From Hemiscyllium ocellatum (lineage: Eukaryota), in the NCBI RefSeq assembly GCF_020745735.1, contig NC_083409.1, forward strand, positions 19,922,341 through 19,986,340: a stretch of DNA of 64,000 nt, written 5' to 3'. The notes beneath the pieces are model-generated. The model ran no database searches and was not told where the DNA came from. It saw only the letters and a list, made by a program, of their open reading frames with translations. Positions 12,050 through 24,670 of the stretch are shown piece after piece; the first letter of the stretch is position 1, and each line of letters begins with the position of its first letter. Position numbers and translations under genes: made by a program.

Positions 12050-13040
12050 ATGGACAGCACAGAAACAGACCCTTCGGACAACTCGTCCATGCTGACCAGA
12101 TATCCAAAATTAATCTAGTCCCATTGACAGCATTTGGCCCATATCCCTCTGACATCTTCCAATTTACATATCCATGCATTTTAAATGGTGTAATTGTACC
12201 AGCCTTCACCACCTCCTCTGGCAGCTCATTCCATACATTTAACACCCTCTGAATGAAAATGTTGTCCCTTAGGTCCCTTTTAAATCTTTCCCCTGTCACC
12301 TTCAGCCTATGCCCTCCAGTTCTGGACTCCCCCACTCTGGAGTAAAGATCTTCTCTATTCACCCTATCTATGCTGCTCATGATTTTATAAACCTCTATAC
12401 GGTCACCCATCAACCTGCAATGATCCAGGGAAAACAGCCCCAGCATATTCAGCCTCTCCCTTTCACGCAAACCCTCCAACCTTGGCAACATCCTTGTAAA
12501 TTTTTTCTGGATCATTTTAAGGTTCACAACATTTTTCCTCCAGCAAGGAGAACTGAATTGCACACAGTATTCCAAAAGTGCCCTAACCAATGTCCTGTAC
12601 AGCTGCAGCAGCTCCCAACATGGGCGGCACGGTGGCACAGTGGTTAGCACTGCTGCCTCACAGCGCCTGAAGACCCGGTTCAATTCCCGACTCAGGCGAC
12701 TGACTGTGTGGAGTTTGCACGTTCTCCCCGTGTCTGCGTGGGTTTCCTCCGGGTGCTCCGGTTTCCTCCCACAGTCCAAAGATGTGCAGGTCAGGTGAAT
12801 TGGCCATGCTAAATTGCCCGTAGTGTTAGGTAAGGGGTAATGTAGGGGTATGGGTGGGTTTCGCTTCGGCGGGTCGGTGTGGACTTGTTGGGCCGAAGGG
12901 CCTGTTTCCACACTGTAAGTCTAATCTAATCTAAAAAAAACTCCAATACACAATGCACTGCCCATTAAAGGAAAGCAAACCAAATGACTTTGTCACTCCC
13001 CTACCTTCCTGCAACTTCATCTTCAAGGAACTATTCTTCA
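12050..13040 (-). mobile_element. CR1 LINE 3' fragment split by a SINE
   Basis: LYRTLVRALLEYCVQF, LGLFSLDHCRLMGDRIEVYKI; the SINE sits at 12622-12932. Confidence 0.8.
12622..12932 (+). mobile_element. Full-length shark tRNA-derived V-SINE (HE1-like)
   Basis: tRNA-like head GGCGGCACGGTGGCACAGTGGTTAGC...GGTTCAATTCCC, V-domain GTTCTCCCCGTGTCTGCGTGGGTTTCCTCCGGGTGCTCCGG and (TAATC)n tail. Confidence 0.9.
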
Positions 13041-14138
13041 TTTTTTCGATGAACTGAGAGTCTTTCAGTTGTGAAAGATGCCATTCCATGGCACTATTGG
13101 ATGAAGAGCAGGTAGTTCCCCCTGGTGTCCCTGGTCAATATTTATCCCCCAGTCAAAATCACTCAGAATGTATTTCTCTGCTAATTATCACATGGTGTTT
13201 GAGATATTACTGGTCACAGTCTGCTGGAAAGATCCAGTGGGACATCCTGAGTTGGGGAAAGGTGGTACACAAATGCAAGTCTTTCTTTAAGGGTCTTTAA
13301 GGGTCTTTCTTTAAGATCTCCTGATCTGGATCCTCATCCATTGTCTGCACACTCTCACCTTCCAGGAGTCATGGGGTCATTAGGAGCAGTGACCCTGTCT
13401 GACCCTAGGACACTGAGACTCTTTGCAGCCTCACCCTTGATCTCAGCCCAATAGTGTGCAGCAAGGTTTGAAATATAATCTAGAATCTTCTACACAGACA
13501 CCCAATGTGACTCTTTCATGAAGTGTGTGGATTCGAGTCTGCTCCAATGTTCTTGGATAAAGTTCTCCTGATCTGTGGGTGTTCAGAGGTTTGTTAAAGA
13601 GATATCGAGCTCCATCCCACTTTCCAGCTCTTGCTCCATAGTTCTGGAGGTTTTGCTGTTTGAAGTGAATATCCAAGTGTTTTTTTCAATATGATGAGGG
13701 TTTCGGCCTCTCCCACCCTTTCAGACAGTGAGTCCCACATCCCACCAACCTGTGGCTGAAAACAAATACCTTCAACTCCCCTATAATCCTGCCCTCAACT
13801 GATTTCAATCTCTCCCCGTGGTTATTGCCCTCTGTGCTGGTGGATGTCAGTCCTTCCTACCCGGTCTGCCCAGGCCCCTCATCATTTTACACACCACCAT
13901 CAAATCTCCCCTCTGCCTCCTCTGTTCCAACGAAAACATTCCCAGCCAATCCAACCATTCCTTAAAGCTCAAAGTCCCCATTCCAGACAAACTCTTCCTC
14001 TGTCCTGGTCTCTCGAGAGATCACATCCTTCCTGTAATGTGGTGACCAGAACCATACACAGGTCTCTCACTGTGCTCTAACTGGGGTTTCATACAGTTCC
14101 AGAATAAACAAACTCTTTGCTTTCATAGTCAACCAAAA

Positions 14139-14470
14139 ATGAGTTAAGGGAGATGATGGTCTAATGGTGTTATTGCTGAGCTGTTAATCCAGAGATCCAG
14201 GTAATGTTCTGGAGACCAGGGTTAGAATCCAGCAGATGGTGGCATTCAAATACAGTCAAAAAAAATCTGCAATTAAGAGACTAATGACGACCATGAAACC
14301 ATCGTTGATTGTCAGGAAAAAGCATCTGATTCCCTTATGTCCTTTAGGGAAGGAAACTGCCATCCTTACCATGTGACCCCAGACCCACAGCAATGTGGGT
14401 GACTCTAAACTGCCCTTTGGGTGATTAGGGATGGGTAATAAATGCTGCCGATCCAGCAATGCCCTCATTC
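14139..14470 (+). mobile_element. Second tRNA-derived shark SINE family (related fragments at ~1-360 and ~25550-25790, minus strand)
   Basis: Shared core ...GACCATGAAACCATCG...GTCCTTTAGGGAAGGAAA...GACCCACAGCAATGTGG...CTGCCCT. Confidence 0.6.
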
Positions 14471-15615
14471 CATCAAGGGAAAAAGAAAAACAGTTTCTCC
14501 CATGTGTCTTCTGGAACCACCTCACTGACCTGCATTCATTAATCACCATGGCCACATCTTCCACCTCCACACACATCTGACTTCCAGCTTCAAAATGATG
14601 AGAGACATCCCTTCATTATCTGAGAAACAGGTAGAAACATCAAACACAGGAGCATCAGTAGGCCATTCGGCCCTTCAAGCCTGCTCCACTATTCAGTATG
14701 ATCATGGCTGATCATCCAACACAGATCCCTGTTTCTACTTTCTCCCCACATTCTTTGATCCCTTTCATCCTAAGTATATCTAATTCCTTCATAAATACAC
14801 ATTGCATCTAATTCCCTTTTGCTGGAAAAATGGATGACAATTATTGGGTTGTTATTTTTTGACCAGTATGGACACAATTGGCTGATGGGCCTTTTGGGTC
14901 CCTATGACTCTATTGTTATATATTATGAATAACTGGGTACCAAGGGCTGACCCCTGTGGCACCCTAAGTTGTAATTACCTGCCATTCAGAAAAAGACTCA
15001 TTCTTTCTGTGCTGCCTGCCAACCAGTTCCCAATCCATGTCAGTACGTGAACCCCAATCCTCTTGTTCATTTGGTCTAGATCTGGAAGTCCCACCTTTAC
15101 TCATTGTGGGAACAGATTCTGAACAGTCTGTCTCATCCTTCGAGGGACCCCACTGCCCTGACACTGATTTCCCATCATGTCATTGGTTCTGATCCACTTT
15201 TACCAAAGCACCGCACAGTTTAGTAAAATGAAAACTTTTACACTTGCTCCTTGGTTCTCCATTTCCATCCCTCCTCTCAATCTCACTGAGTTCTGATCAT
15301 TGTCACTAAAATGCTCCCACATCGATAGCCCTTCCAGATGCCCACATTCATTCCATAACCAATGGTCCAAAATTGTCCCTTCTCTCTCTGCTGCTTCACC
15401 ATCACCTTCTCAGGGGCAACTAGGGACGGTAATGAATGCTGGCCCTGCCAGTGGCACTCAGATCCCAAGAAGCAATTTGAACAGTGTCTGTTGTTTTGTC
15501 GGGTTTATTCTGTATTGACTACAAATGTTCAAAAAGATGGTATTGCCAGTGAATATTGTGAGAGTTGAATTCCCTTCAAATGACAGGGATTAAAATTGTT
15601 TCTCTTGTCTTTCAG

Positions 15616-15944
15616 CCCGTGAGAACTCTCAGCCCAAGCTGACCCTGCTGCCCCCCTCCCTGGAGCAGGTCAATGCCAAGGGCACTGCCACCCTGGTGTG
15701 CCTTGCCAATCACTTCTATCCCGATGTGCTGGAGGTGCAGTGGAAGAAGGACGGTGCAGTCATTTCGGACAGGGTTCAGACCAGCAACTACCTGCGAGCT
15801 TCGGACAGCACCTACAGTGTCAGCAGCCTGCTGACCCTCTCTGGGTCTGACTGGGAGTCCAACGCTCACTTCTCCTGTGCCCTCACCCACGTGACCCTCC
15901 CCTCTCCCCTCAGCAAGAGCATCAGTAAATCAGAATGTGTGTAG
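15616..15944 (+). CDS. Ig kappa-type light-chain constant exon C1 (intact)
   Basis: Acceptor ttgtctttcag|CC, phase 1. RENSQPKLTLLPPS...ATLVCLANHFYP...VQWKKDG...YSVSSLLTL...FSCALTH...KSECV* has both Ig-fold Cys, the Trp and the penultimate Cys. Confidence 0.96.
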
Positions 15945-16470
15945 AGAGTGTGAGACAGTCCATAGAGGAGACACAACTTTAAATAGAACAGGGCTGAGCT
16001 GGCAGGTCAAAGGTCATTGTCAGCACTGAATTTCAATTCTCTTCCTTCTCAGGACTGTTCAGAGAACCTTCTGAGGTTTGGATGTAAAAGCAGGTCATTG
16101 CGACAGTGTTGACGGAGCTTTACGCTGTGTCAAACCCCATGCTGTCCCTGTTCTGGGAGTGTTTGATGGGGACAGAGTTGACTTGTGATGCCAAGTAAAA
16201 TCTCTTGAAGTTGCTGAAGACTGTCAGCTGTGCAAAACAATGTGAACCTCAGAATTCTCTGCTTCAGTAAACCAGATCTCCTTCCTGCTCAGCCGCCAGT
16301 TCCAATTTAAGGTTTTGTCACTGTTTAAAGGGACAGGATTCTCATGTTATTGAGCAAACCTCCACAAGTGTTTTCTTCAAGCTCCATTGTGGCTGTGAAT
16401 TTGAGCAGCTTCCTCTGTCTGGGCTGTTAATTGCAGTTTTTTTTTCTGTCAATGTGAATGTGGAAAAGGG

Positions 16471-16476
16471 AATAAA
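16471..16476 (+). terminator. Probable poly(A) signal AATAAA of C1
   Basis: About 530 nt after the C1 stop, followed by a GT-rich tract; the same site is conserved in both minus-strand paralogs (29710-29715, 38337-38342). Confidence 0.7.
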
Positions 16477-16850
16477 GATGAAGATTCAGTGTCTGTCTCT
16501 GTGTGCTTTGGAAATAGATGACCTTCCCCACCCCCCAGTTGATTGGCTGCATTTCAGCAGGTCATTGTCAAGATTGGCTGGTTGGCCTGTCAATCAATTA
16601 CAATCATCAATCATTAATCATTTTCAAATGATCCCTTTGGTCAGGAATTTATGCAGGTTACAAGATTCCAAAACGAACAGAAACTGAAAGTTGTTAGGAC
16701 TCAATAAGTACAATCTGACGCATTCCCTCTTCACTCTGTTGGTCCAGGCCCGGCTGATGGGATCGCACTGTGCAATCTCTGCTGTATGTTGGGTAGCTGC
16801 TGAAACAATCTTTGGCCAATCACTGACATTGTCAGCTGTGTCTCTCTGAG

Positions 16851-17088
16851 GTAAAAACAAGGACTGCAGATGCTGGAAACCAGATTCTAGATTAGAGTGG
16901 TACTGGAAAAGCACAGCAGTTCAGGCAGCATCTGAGGAGCAGGAAAATCGACATTTCGGGCAAAAGCCCTTCATCAGGAATAGAGCTTTATTCTTGATGA
17001 AGGACTTTTGCCCGAAACTTCGATTTTCCTGCTCCTCGGATGCTGCCTGAACTGCTGTGCTTTTCCAGCACCACTCTAATCGAGAATG
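16851..17088. mobile_element. Fold-back mini-element of inverted PLE termini (family A), ~14-bp TSD
   Basis: Inverted arms of about 100 bp; TGTG(T/C)CTCTCTGAG at 16837-16850 and 17089-17102 (one mismatch). Confidence 0.8.
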
Positions 17089-17638
17089 TGTGCCTCTCTG
17101 AGTGTGTGTTTAACTTAATTCTGCTTGGAGGGGTCTCTCTCAGTGTGGATTTGTTACTCAGAGAGACACCTACAGGCAGCGTTCAGTAACGCACCCACAT
17201 TCGGAGTGTGATCATGTTCCTCAGTGCTACCTGTCTCACAGAGTGAGTGTGTTACTCTGTGCTGCCTGTAGGTGTCTCTCTGAGGTATGTGTCTCTGAGC
17301 GATGGATTGAGAATGGGCTTTGTGCTGGGGATTGAAGATTAGGCTTTAATCTTCTCAAATCATGAATGGAAAACAGTTCAGCTGATTCAGTCTGAGATGG
17401 CAGCTCATTCAGATGGCAAAAGTTAAAAAATCCAACTACTCCAGGTGATAGTCAAACAGGTTTATTTGAAAGTAGAAGCGTTCAGAGCACTGCTTCTTCA
17501 TCAGGTAGCTGGAGGGGCAGGATCATTGGCCACAGAATTTATTGTAAATTCAGATAGCAGCTGAGAAAGGTGAATACTGAGAGTGTATTCTCAGTAAGGG
17601 AGGGATTTCAGAGGCAGTGGGCACTGTGCTCCCTAATG

Positions 17639-17711
17639 CAGAAATGTCGATTTTCCTGCTCCTCAGATGCTGCCTGACCTGCTGTGCTTTTCCAGCACTA
17701 CTCTAATCTAG
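17639..17711 (+). mobile_element. Single-arm 73-bp PLE-terminus insertion, 16-bp TSD
   Basis: ACTGTGCTCCCTAATG at 17623-17638 and 17712-17727 flanks gaaatgtcgattttcctgctcctcagatgctgcctgacctgctgtgcttttccagc. Confidence 0.8.
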
Positions 17712-18409
17712 ACTGTGCTCCCTAATGTTTTGCCCAATTACAGGGGACTTTCTGAATCCAGGATCAATCGTGGCTGCCTGCCCAGCCAATGCTGGCTCCC
17801 CATAGTCATATTTCAGTGGTTAATTAACCCAAAACAAGGTGCAGCAATATTACCTTCCAGGGAGGGGAGCTGTCTGAGGGAGGGAGGTTGAATTCTTGCA
17901 GCCCCAAGAGAGGTTGCGGTGGATTAATGACAGGTATGACCACCATGAAGGTGCCATCTTCTCTTCTCTTGCCCCAGCTGTGATGACCCTCAGGTTAAAA
18001 GTGTGACTGCTCTGGGATAATGACCGTATTCCTGGGTGATGGAGGGAAGGCCAACCTCTCCCAAAGGCAGCACAGGCTGGATCGAAGGTGAAACAAGAGT
18101 AAGCATGGGGAGATTGAGGGTGACAGAAGGAGGGGGTTGGTTGGCAGGTTGTTATTCAGAGTCAGGTCCCAGAGTATCAGTCCTTCTGACATTCCCCTTT
18201 TTATCTGTCAGCCAGGGCTCCTTGATTGGACAAAGTTAACCGTCCCTGTCAGAGAACTCATATTTTATCAAAAAGATTAAAACATTTATTGAACAAGGAG
18301 CACAAGAGCTAAATGACACGAGACAAAATAATATTTTGAAAGGTTTCATTATGGACACTGCAAATGAGATTTGGTGAAGAACTTTTTCACTCAATGGGTG
18401 GTGGGAATC

Positions 18410-18722
18410 TGGAATGGACTGTCATAAAATCCCTACAGTGAGGAAACAGGCCATTTGGCCCAACATGTCCACACTGACCCTTGGAAGAGTAACCTACCCA
18501 AGATCCAATCCCCTGTCTTATTACTCTGCTTTTTCCCTGACTAATGAGCCTAACCTACACATCCCTGACCACTGTGGGCAATTTAGCATGGCCAATTCAC
18601 CTAACCTGCACATCTTTAGATTGTGGGAGGAAACCAGAGCACCCAAAGGAAACCTACGCAGACACTTGGAGAATGTGCAAACTCCAAACAGACAGTTGCC
18701 TGAGGCTGGAATTGAACCTGAC
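18410..18722 (-). mobile_element. 5'-truncated HE1-like V-SINE
   Basis: V-domain and 3' tail on the minus strand; abuts the PLE. Confidence 0.8.
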
Positions 18723-21700
18723 TTCGCTCCAACCTCTGCCTCCACTTCTGGCCCCTCCCACTCTGCAACCAAGACTCAGACTACATTTCCCAGAGTCCTC
18801 CTGAGTCCAACTGCCTACCTGCAGCCAGCCAGCACACTCGCTCTCCGTCCTCACCTATCCACCTCCACAGTGCACCCGATCCCTCCACTTCTCCATCTTC
18901 ACCTCATCTCCACCTTCCCACTCCCACACCTCACTCCACAACCCACCTCCGCCCCAATCTTATTTCTCTCCCACACCCATTCTCTCCCATTCCCATTACC
19001 CTTTCCCCCTCTCCTCCTTCAGCCATCTCAGACCCCCCTGAAAACCTCATCCCCCACCCCGAGCCTTGCCCCTTATTTACTGCCCCCCACGACCTCGACC
19101 TCTTTGAGGCCAAAAGGTCCATCCTGAGAAAAGGGCTCACATTCATTCCCTGCTTCCCTGCCTCAAAAAATCCCGACCCACCAGGATGTGGAGCTCCTCT
19201 TCCGCCGCCTCTACCTCCGTGTCTTCTTCTTTAACAAAAACTCCCAAACTCCCTCTGAGGACCCCTTCTCCCACCTCCAACCTTCCTCCTCCACTGGGTC
19301 ACCGCCCCCCCCCCCACCACCAGCTGTGTACACACCCTAGAGCTCTTCATTGCTGACCACTGATGTGACATCAGCCGCCTCAATTTCTCCAACCCCCTCA
19401 CCCTCTCCAACCAACCCCCGTCCGAACGTGCAGCCCTACACTCTCTCTGTACCACCCCTGGTACACCATCAAACCCACTGACAAAGGTGGTAGTCTGGGG
19501 AACGGACGTCTATGTCACAGAGGTTGAACCCCAACTCTCTGACACCACGTTCTACCTCCCCCTTGCCCATGACCCCACTGTGACCCATCAGGCCAAAATC
19601 ACTCACGCTGTCAGTGCCCTCATTGCCTCCAGTGATCTCCCCTCTGCTGTCTCCAATCTCATAGTCCCCCAGCCCTGCACTGCCCAGTTCTACCTGCTCC
19701 CCAAGATCCACAAACCCAACTACACTGGCCGACCCATCATCTAAACATGCTCCTGCCCCACCGAACTCCTCTCAACCTACCTCAACTCCATCCTCTCCTC
19801 CTTGGTTCAGGCACTTCCCACCTACATCTGTGACACCAACCATGCCCTCCATCTCTTCAGTAACCTTCAGTTCCCAGGCCCCCAGCACTTTACCTTCACT
19901 ATGGACAGTCCTTATATACGTCCATACCCACCAAGATCAGCCTCCTGGCCCTCTGCTTTTTTCTCTCCAACAGATCCATCCAGTCCCCCTCCACCAATAC
20001 CCTCCTCCATCTGGCCGAACTGGTCCTCACCCTCAACAACTTTTCCTTTAACTCCTCCCAGTTCCTCTAAATCCAGGGGTTGGCTATGAGTACCTGGATG
20101 GGCCCCAGCTCCCCCTGCCCCTTTATTGGCTATGCTGAACAGTCCCTCTTCAGTGCCTACACAGGCACTGTGCCCCAACTCTTCTACCATTACATCGATG
20201 ACTGCATTGGTGCAGTGACCTGCACCCAGGCTGAACTGGAGCAGTTCATCGTCTTCGCCCACAACTTCCACCCTACCCTCAAATTCACTTGGTCCACCTC
20301 GGACACCTCCCTCCCCTTTATTGACCTCTCCATTCCCATCTCCGGCGACAGTGTTCAGATAGACACATAAACTCACAAACTCCCATTATTACTCGGACTA
20401 TACTTTCTCCCACCCAATATCCTGCAAGCACTCCATCCCATTCTTCCAATTCCTCCGCCTCAGTTCTATCTGCTCAGATGAGGAGACATTCCACTCCCAA
20501 GTATTCCAGATGTCCACCTATTTCGAACAACATGCTTTTGCTCCCCCTGTCATCCATCGCACCACCTCCATTTCCCGTTCCACTGCTCTAAACCCAGCCC
20601 CCTCAAAACAGAATAAAGACAGAGTGCCCATTGTCCTCACCTATCACCCAAACCAATCTCTGTGTCCAACACATCATCCTATTCCGCCAACCCCAACAAG
20701 ACCCCACCACCAAGAATGTCTTCCTCATGCTACCTCTGTCTGCCTACCACAAGGACTGTCCCCTTTGACAGTTCTTGGTTTGCACCACTCTCTCCACCAT
20801 CTCTCCTGAACCCCCAGGTACCTTCCCCTGCAAATAGAAATGATGCAAAACCTGCTGGTGCACCAACCCCAGCACCTCCATCCAGGGCCCCAAACAGTCC
20901 TTCCAGGTGAGACAGAGGTTCGCCTGCCTCTCCTCCAGCCTAGTTTACTGCATCAGGTGCCCGCGATGTGGTCTTCTCTACATCGGGAAGACCAAACATA
21001 AACTTCGGCAGCGGTTGGTCATGCATCTCAGCTGGGCCTGTAGGGGCCAACCAGACTTCCCAGTCACTACCCATTTTAATTCCCCTTCCCACTCCCTTTC
21101 CTCCGGGTTCAATTCCTGCCTCAGGCGACTGACTGTGTGGAGTTTGCACATTCTCCCCGTGTCTGCGTGGGTTTCCTCCGGGTGCTCCGGTTTCCTCCCA
21201 CAGTCCAAAAATGTGCAGGTTAGGTGAATTGGCCATGCTAAATTGCCCATAGTGTTAGGCGAAGGGGTAAATGTAGGGGAATGGGTCTGGGTCGGTTGCG
21301 CTTCGGCGGGTCAGTGTGGACTTGTTGGGCTGAAGGGCCTGTTTCCATTCTGTAAGTAATCTAATCTAATCAACATGACCATCTTTGGCCTCCTCCATTG
21401 CCATAATGAACCAAACCGCAATTTGGAGGAACAACACCTCATCTTCCGCCTACAGCCCAGAGGATTCAACACTGAGTTCTCCAATTTCAAATACCCTCCC
21501 TTCTCATCCCCTGACTCCCTTCCCAGCCCCTCCCTTCTCTTCCACTCCTCTCTGCCACCAAACAGATTTATTCCTTCCATTGACAAACCAGGTCGTGTCC
21601 TCTGCCTGTCTTCATCTATCCACGTTCTCCACCCTGCCCCCGCCACCCCCTTTATCTGCAGCTCCCCCTACACCCACCCCTATTCCTGAAGAAGGGTTAC

Positions 21701-21770
21701 ATCCGAACCATCAACTTCTTCACCGCCTGATGCTGCCTGGCTTGCTGTGTTCCTCCAACCTCCTGCCTGT
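18723..21770 (+). mobile_element. Penelope-like retroelement (RT + GIY-YIG), degenerate, interrupted by a SINE at ~21100-21371
   Basis: Fragments LPKIHKPNYTGRPII, YIDDCIG...HNFHPTLKFTW...LPFIDL and LVYCIRCPRCGLLYIGKTK; decayed terminal repeat at 21683-21765. Confidence 0.88.
21100..21371 (+). mobile_element. 5'-truncated HE1-like V-SINE inside a PLE
   Basis: Starts at CCGGGTTCAATTCC (B box), with V-domain and (TAATC)n tail. Confidence 0.88.
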
Positions 21771-24653
21771 CATTGAATGGAACCAGCAGGAAAGGGCTGG
21801 ACAATCAAGTGTCAGGGCCATCAACAAATGGGAATGGGACACACTACAGATAGATGCATTGAGACAGTCAATCACAAAGAGAACACCAAACTGGAAATGA
21901 AACACTCATACACAGTGGGAGGAATTTAATATCAGAAAGTGTGAGACCATGCACTTTGTTCATAATAATCGAAAGGCCGATTATTGTGAGAGATTCCAAC
22001 AAAGTGCAGTACAGAGTGATCTGGGTAGTATTGTGCATGGGACACTGCAAGGTAGTGCAGATGCAGCAAGGAATTGAGAAGGCGAATGGAATTTTCACAT
22101 TTGTTGTCTGGGGTTGGAATCTAAAAGTAGAGAAATCTTGTTGAAACTTTATAGGGTGTTAGTGAGCCTGCATTTGAAGTATTGTGTGCACTTTTGGTCC
22201 CTGTATTTAAGAAAGGATGGACAGTCATTGGAGTCCTACTCCTGCTTCAATTTCTCATGTTCTTGTGTGCTCCAGTGTTCTTCCCTCACAGCACAACTGG
22301 TTGGCCCCCTGCCTGCAGTAGCAGCCTCCAATCTCTGGGTGGTGCTGCCATATGATCTGCCTTGCCCAGGCTGTCACAATTCCCACATCACAACAATACC
22401 TGGACTTCGGAAGTATTGAATTGGCTGTAAAACATTTTCCAACATCCAAGCTCAAAAACGACATAATAGAAATATGATTCTCTCTCCTTTTATGTTTTGT
22501 CTCCAAGCCTTCCCACCCGTCATCCAACAACATCGCACACTTGTGTAAAATCTAGAATGGATCATGAATCTCTGGGAGAACTTTGTGACAACACTGGGTC
22601 TAATGACCACACCCTCAGTGGGCTTTGAGGGTGAAGGTCAATAGCAGTCTCATTGGGACTTGATCTGAATTGTCTCCAGTCAGTCAGTGCTTTTGTCTGG
22701 TCCAGACAGTGCTGACCAACCTTAGACCCCTGTGATCTGATTGAGATGAAGGGTGAGCTGTGCTGGACTTTCACACATGGCTCACACACATGGTGAAGCA
22801 GGGATTCCCCATTTCAGAAAAGTAAATGGAACGAACGAACTGGGTGGATGTGACACCCCCAACTGTCCCCAAGAGAGTGGGGACAGGAACAGTAATATTC
22901 TCACACAGAAAGGATGGTAAAAATTTTAACCCAGAGAGAGAGAGGGGATAGGAAAAGCAACGCTCCCTAAAGACAGGGGACAGTATCTATCTGTTACCCA
23001 CTTTCTTGTTGTGTTGTGACCTTGGGAAATTGGTTTGGTTTATATTTTCTCAGTTGTATTTAGGTTTAATGAGGTGATTCATTAACAAGGATTCCAATTA
23101 CATATTTCCTGTAGCAGCAGATCCATTGAAGATCACATTTTCATTTGGAGTTTGCCCAGGTTTCTGTCCAGGCTGATGTAGCATGGTCTACCAGTGCTGC
23201 TCCTATTGGGCTAAACCATCACACACGAGGGAATCTGAGGGGCACTTTCTCTTTGTGCTGACAAAGGGAGAGATTTGGTTTTACTGCGATGGTGGCCAGA
23301 GAAATTAGTCAGTGGATGTAGTTCCAGCTGAGCAGAATGTTCTGATGTTCATGATGGGATTAACCTCGACAGTTCCCACTTGCCTTTACACCGACAGTGG
23401 GGCAGGAAGTCACCATGCAGTGGTCTCCTGGCTCACACTGAGACACCAAGTTGATGGTATAACTGCAGAGAACAAGACATTGGCTTGGACTCACTGAACA
23501 ACCAGAGGCTTCAGCCAACAACTGGGTCACAGGCAAATGACGTGTTGTATAAACTCTCAGGATCTCAGGGAACATTCATTGACAAACATAACTACAAAAT
23601 GGAACAGGATATTGTTTATGAAAATTGGCATTGCAAAGATAAAATCCAAACACATTATAGATAATCTCATTTCAAAGACTACAGCATTTTCTTTGGAAAC
23701 TGGATGATAATGAGATGAGAAATCAAACACCCATCCACTCTGTTGCACGTTGTTGAAGACACACTGTCCTCATCATAACAGGTTTGCAAGCATCTGAATA
23801 ACACGTAAGGGGAGAGAAACATTGCAAACTGTATTATCACGAGAGAGGATCCATTAAAACCTAGAACCATGATGTTAAATGCTCCCTGCTATAAACAACA
23901 CTGATGCATTCACATCATTGGAATGTTAAATGATTTAAATCTTAAGAGGCATTGCTGATTTTTTTCCAAGTCCATAGCAAGGAAGCAGCAGCTGACATAT
24001 GAACTCTAACAAAATGATAAAAGGCACTGAATACAGAGCTGACTCCAGAGAGAGAGAAATAAAAATCAACAGCAGAAATCTGTCCAGTGCTGGGATCATT
24101 TTAGACAAGACAGCTTGTTACCAGCAAGTTACTGCAGCTTGAAAACTCCAGTACGGTCAGAAAGAGAAAAAGGACAAAGTGCAGATTGTTGAACAGGCCC
24201 CTACACCTGGACCTGAGACAGGAGCCCAAGCTCCAGCACACTGGCCTCACTTCACACCAACCTTCACACAGTGCAGGGGCATGAACTCCGGCCATCAATC
24301 TCTCTGGGACCGGGACGGAGTGAGGGAACAGAGACAATTGTAGAAGCGTCAATAAGGAGCAAAGCAAGATGGAGAGGGTGTTTTGGAAAGGGGTTCGAGG
24401 AGGAAATATACTTTGTGCCTCTCGGTACTAATATCATCTACGTGTTTCACAGAATGAACAAGACAGCACACTGTGAAGACAAACAAAAGTCACATCAAAG
24501 TACTTTTCTTATCACAGGGGACATTTTCATTGTGGTGCCCTCAGTACCCTACTTCTGAAGCTGCACTGTCTCTCTATGGGTCTCTGCAGATTGAGCCTGT
24601 TAGCTCCAAGCAGAGTCCCAGTTTATTTTTTACTGATCAGGGACAGTGAAGCA

Positions 24654-24670
24654 GCTGCCCTCTAGTGGCG
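24654..24670 (-). promoter_or_regulatory. Candidate CTCF-binding motif CGCCACTAGAGGGCAGC
   Basis: Close match to the CCAC(C/T)AG(A/G)GGGC core, in non-repetitive sequence between the convergent C genes. Confidence 0.55.

Noticed and set aside
12622-12695. tRNA gene
   Set aside because: The A/B-box head continues into a V-SINE body and a (TAATC)n tail; it is a SINE, not a tRNA.
12042-12911. 289-aa ORF as a protein-coding gene
   Set aside because: A chance read-through of an antisense SINE fused to a CR1 RT 3' fragment.
16030-16055. Acceptor-like CTCTTCCTTCTCAG after the C1 stop as an alternative or TM exon
   Set aside because: Downstream frames are short and non-hydrophobic, and the AG context is altered in C2; at most a 3'-UTR splice site.
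17743-17753. NF-kB site GGGGACTTTCT 3' of C1
   Set aside because: One mismatch, lies among repeats and was not seen in the paralogous flank; expected by chance.
18414-19127. 237-aa Pro/Ser/Leu-rich ORF
   Set aside because: An antisense SINE plus the C-rich low-complexity 5' region of the PLE.
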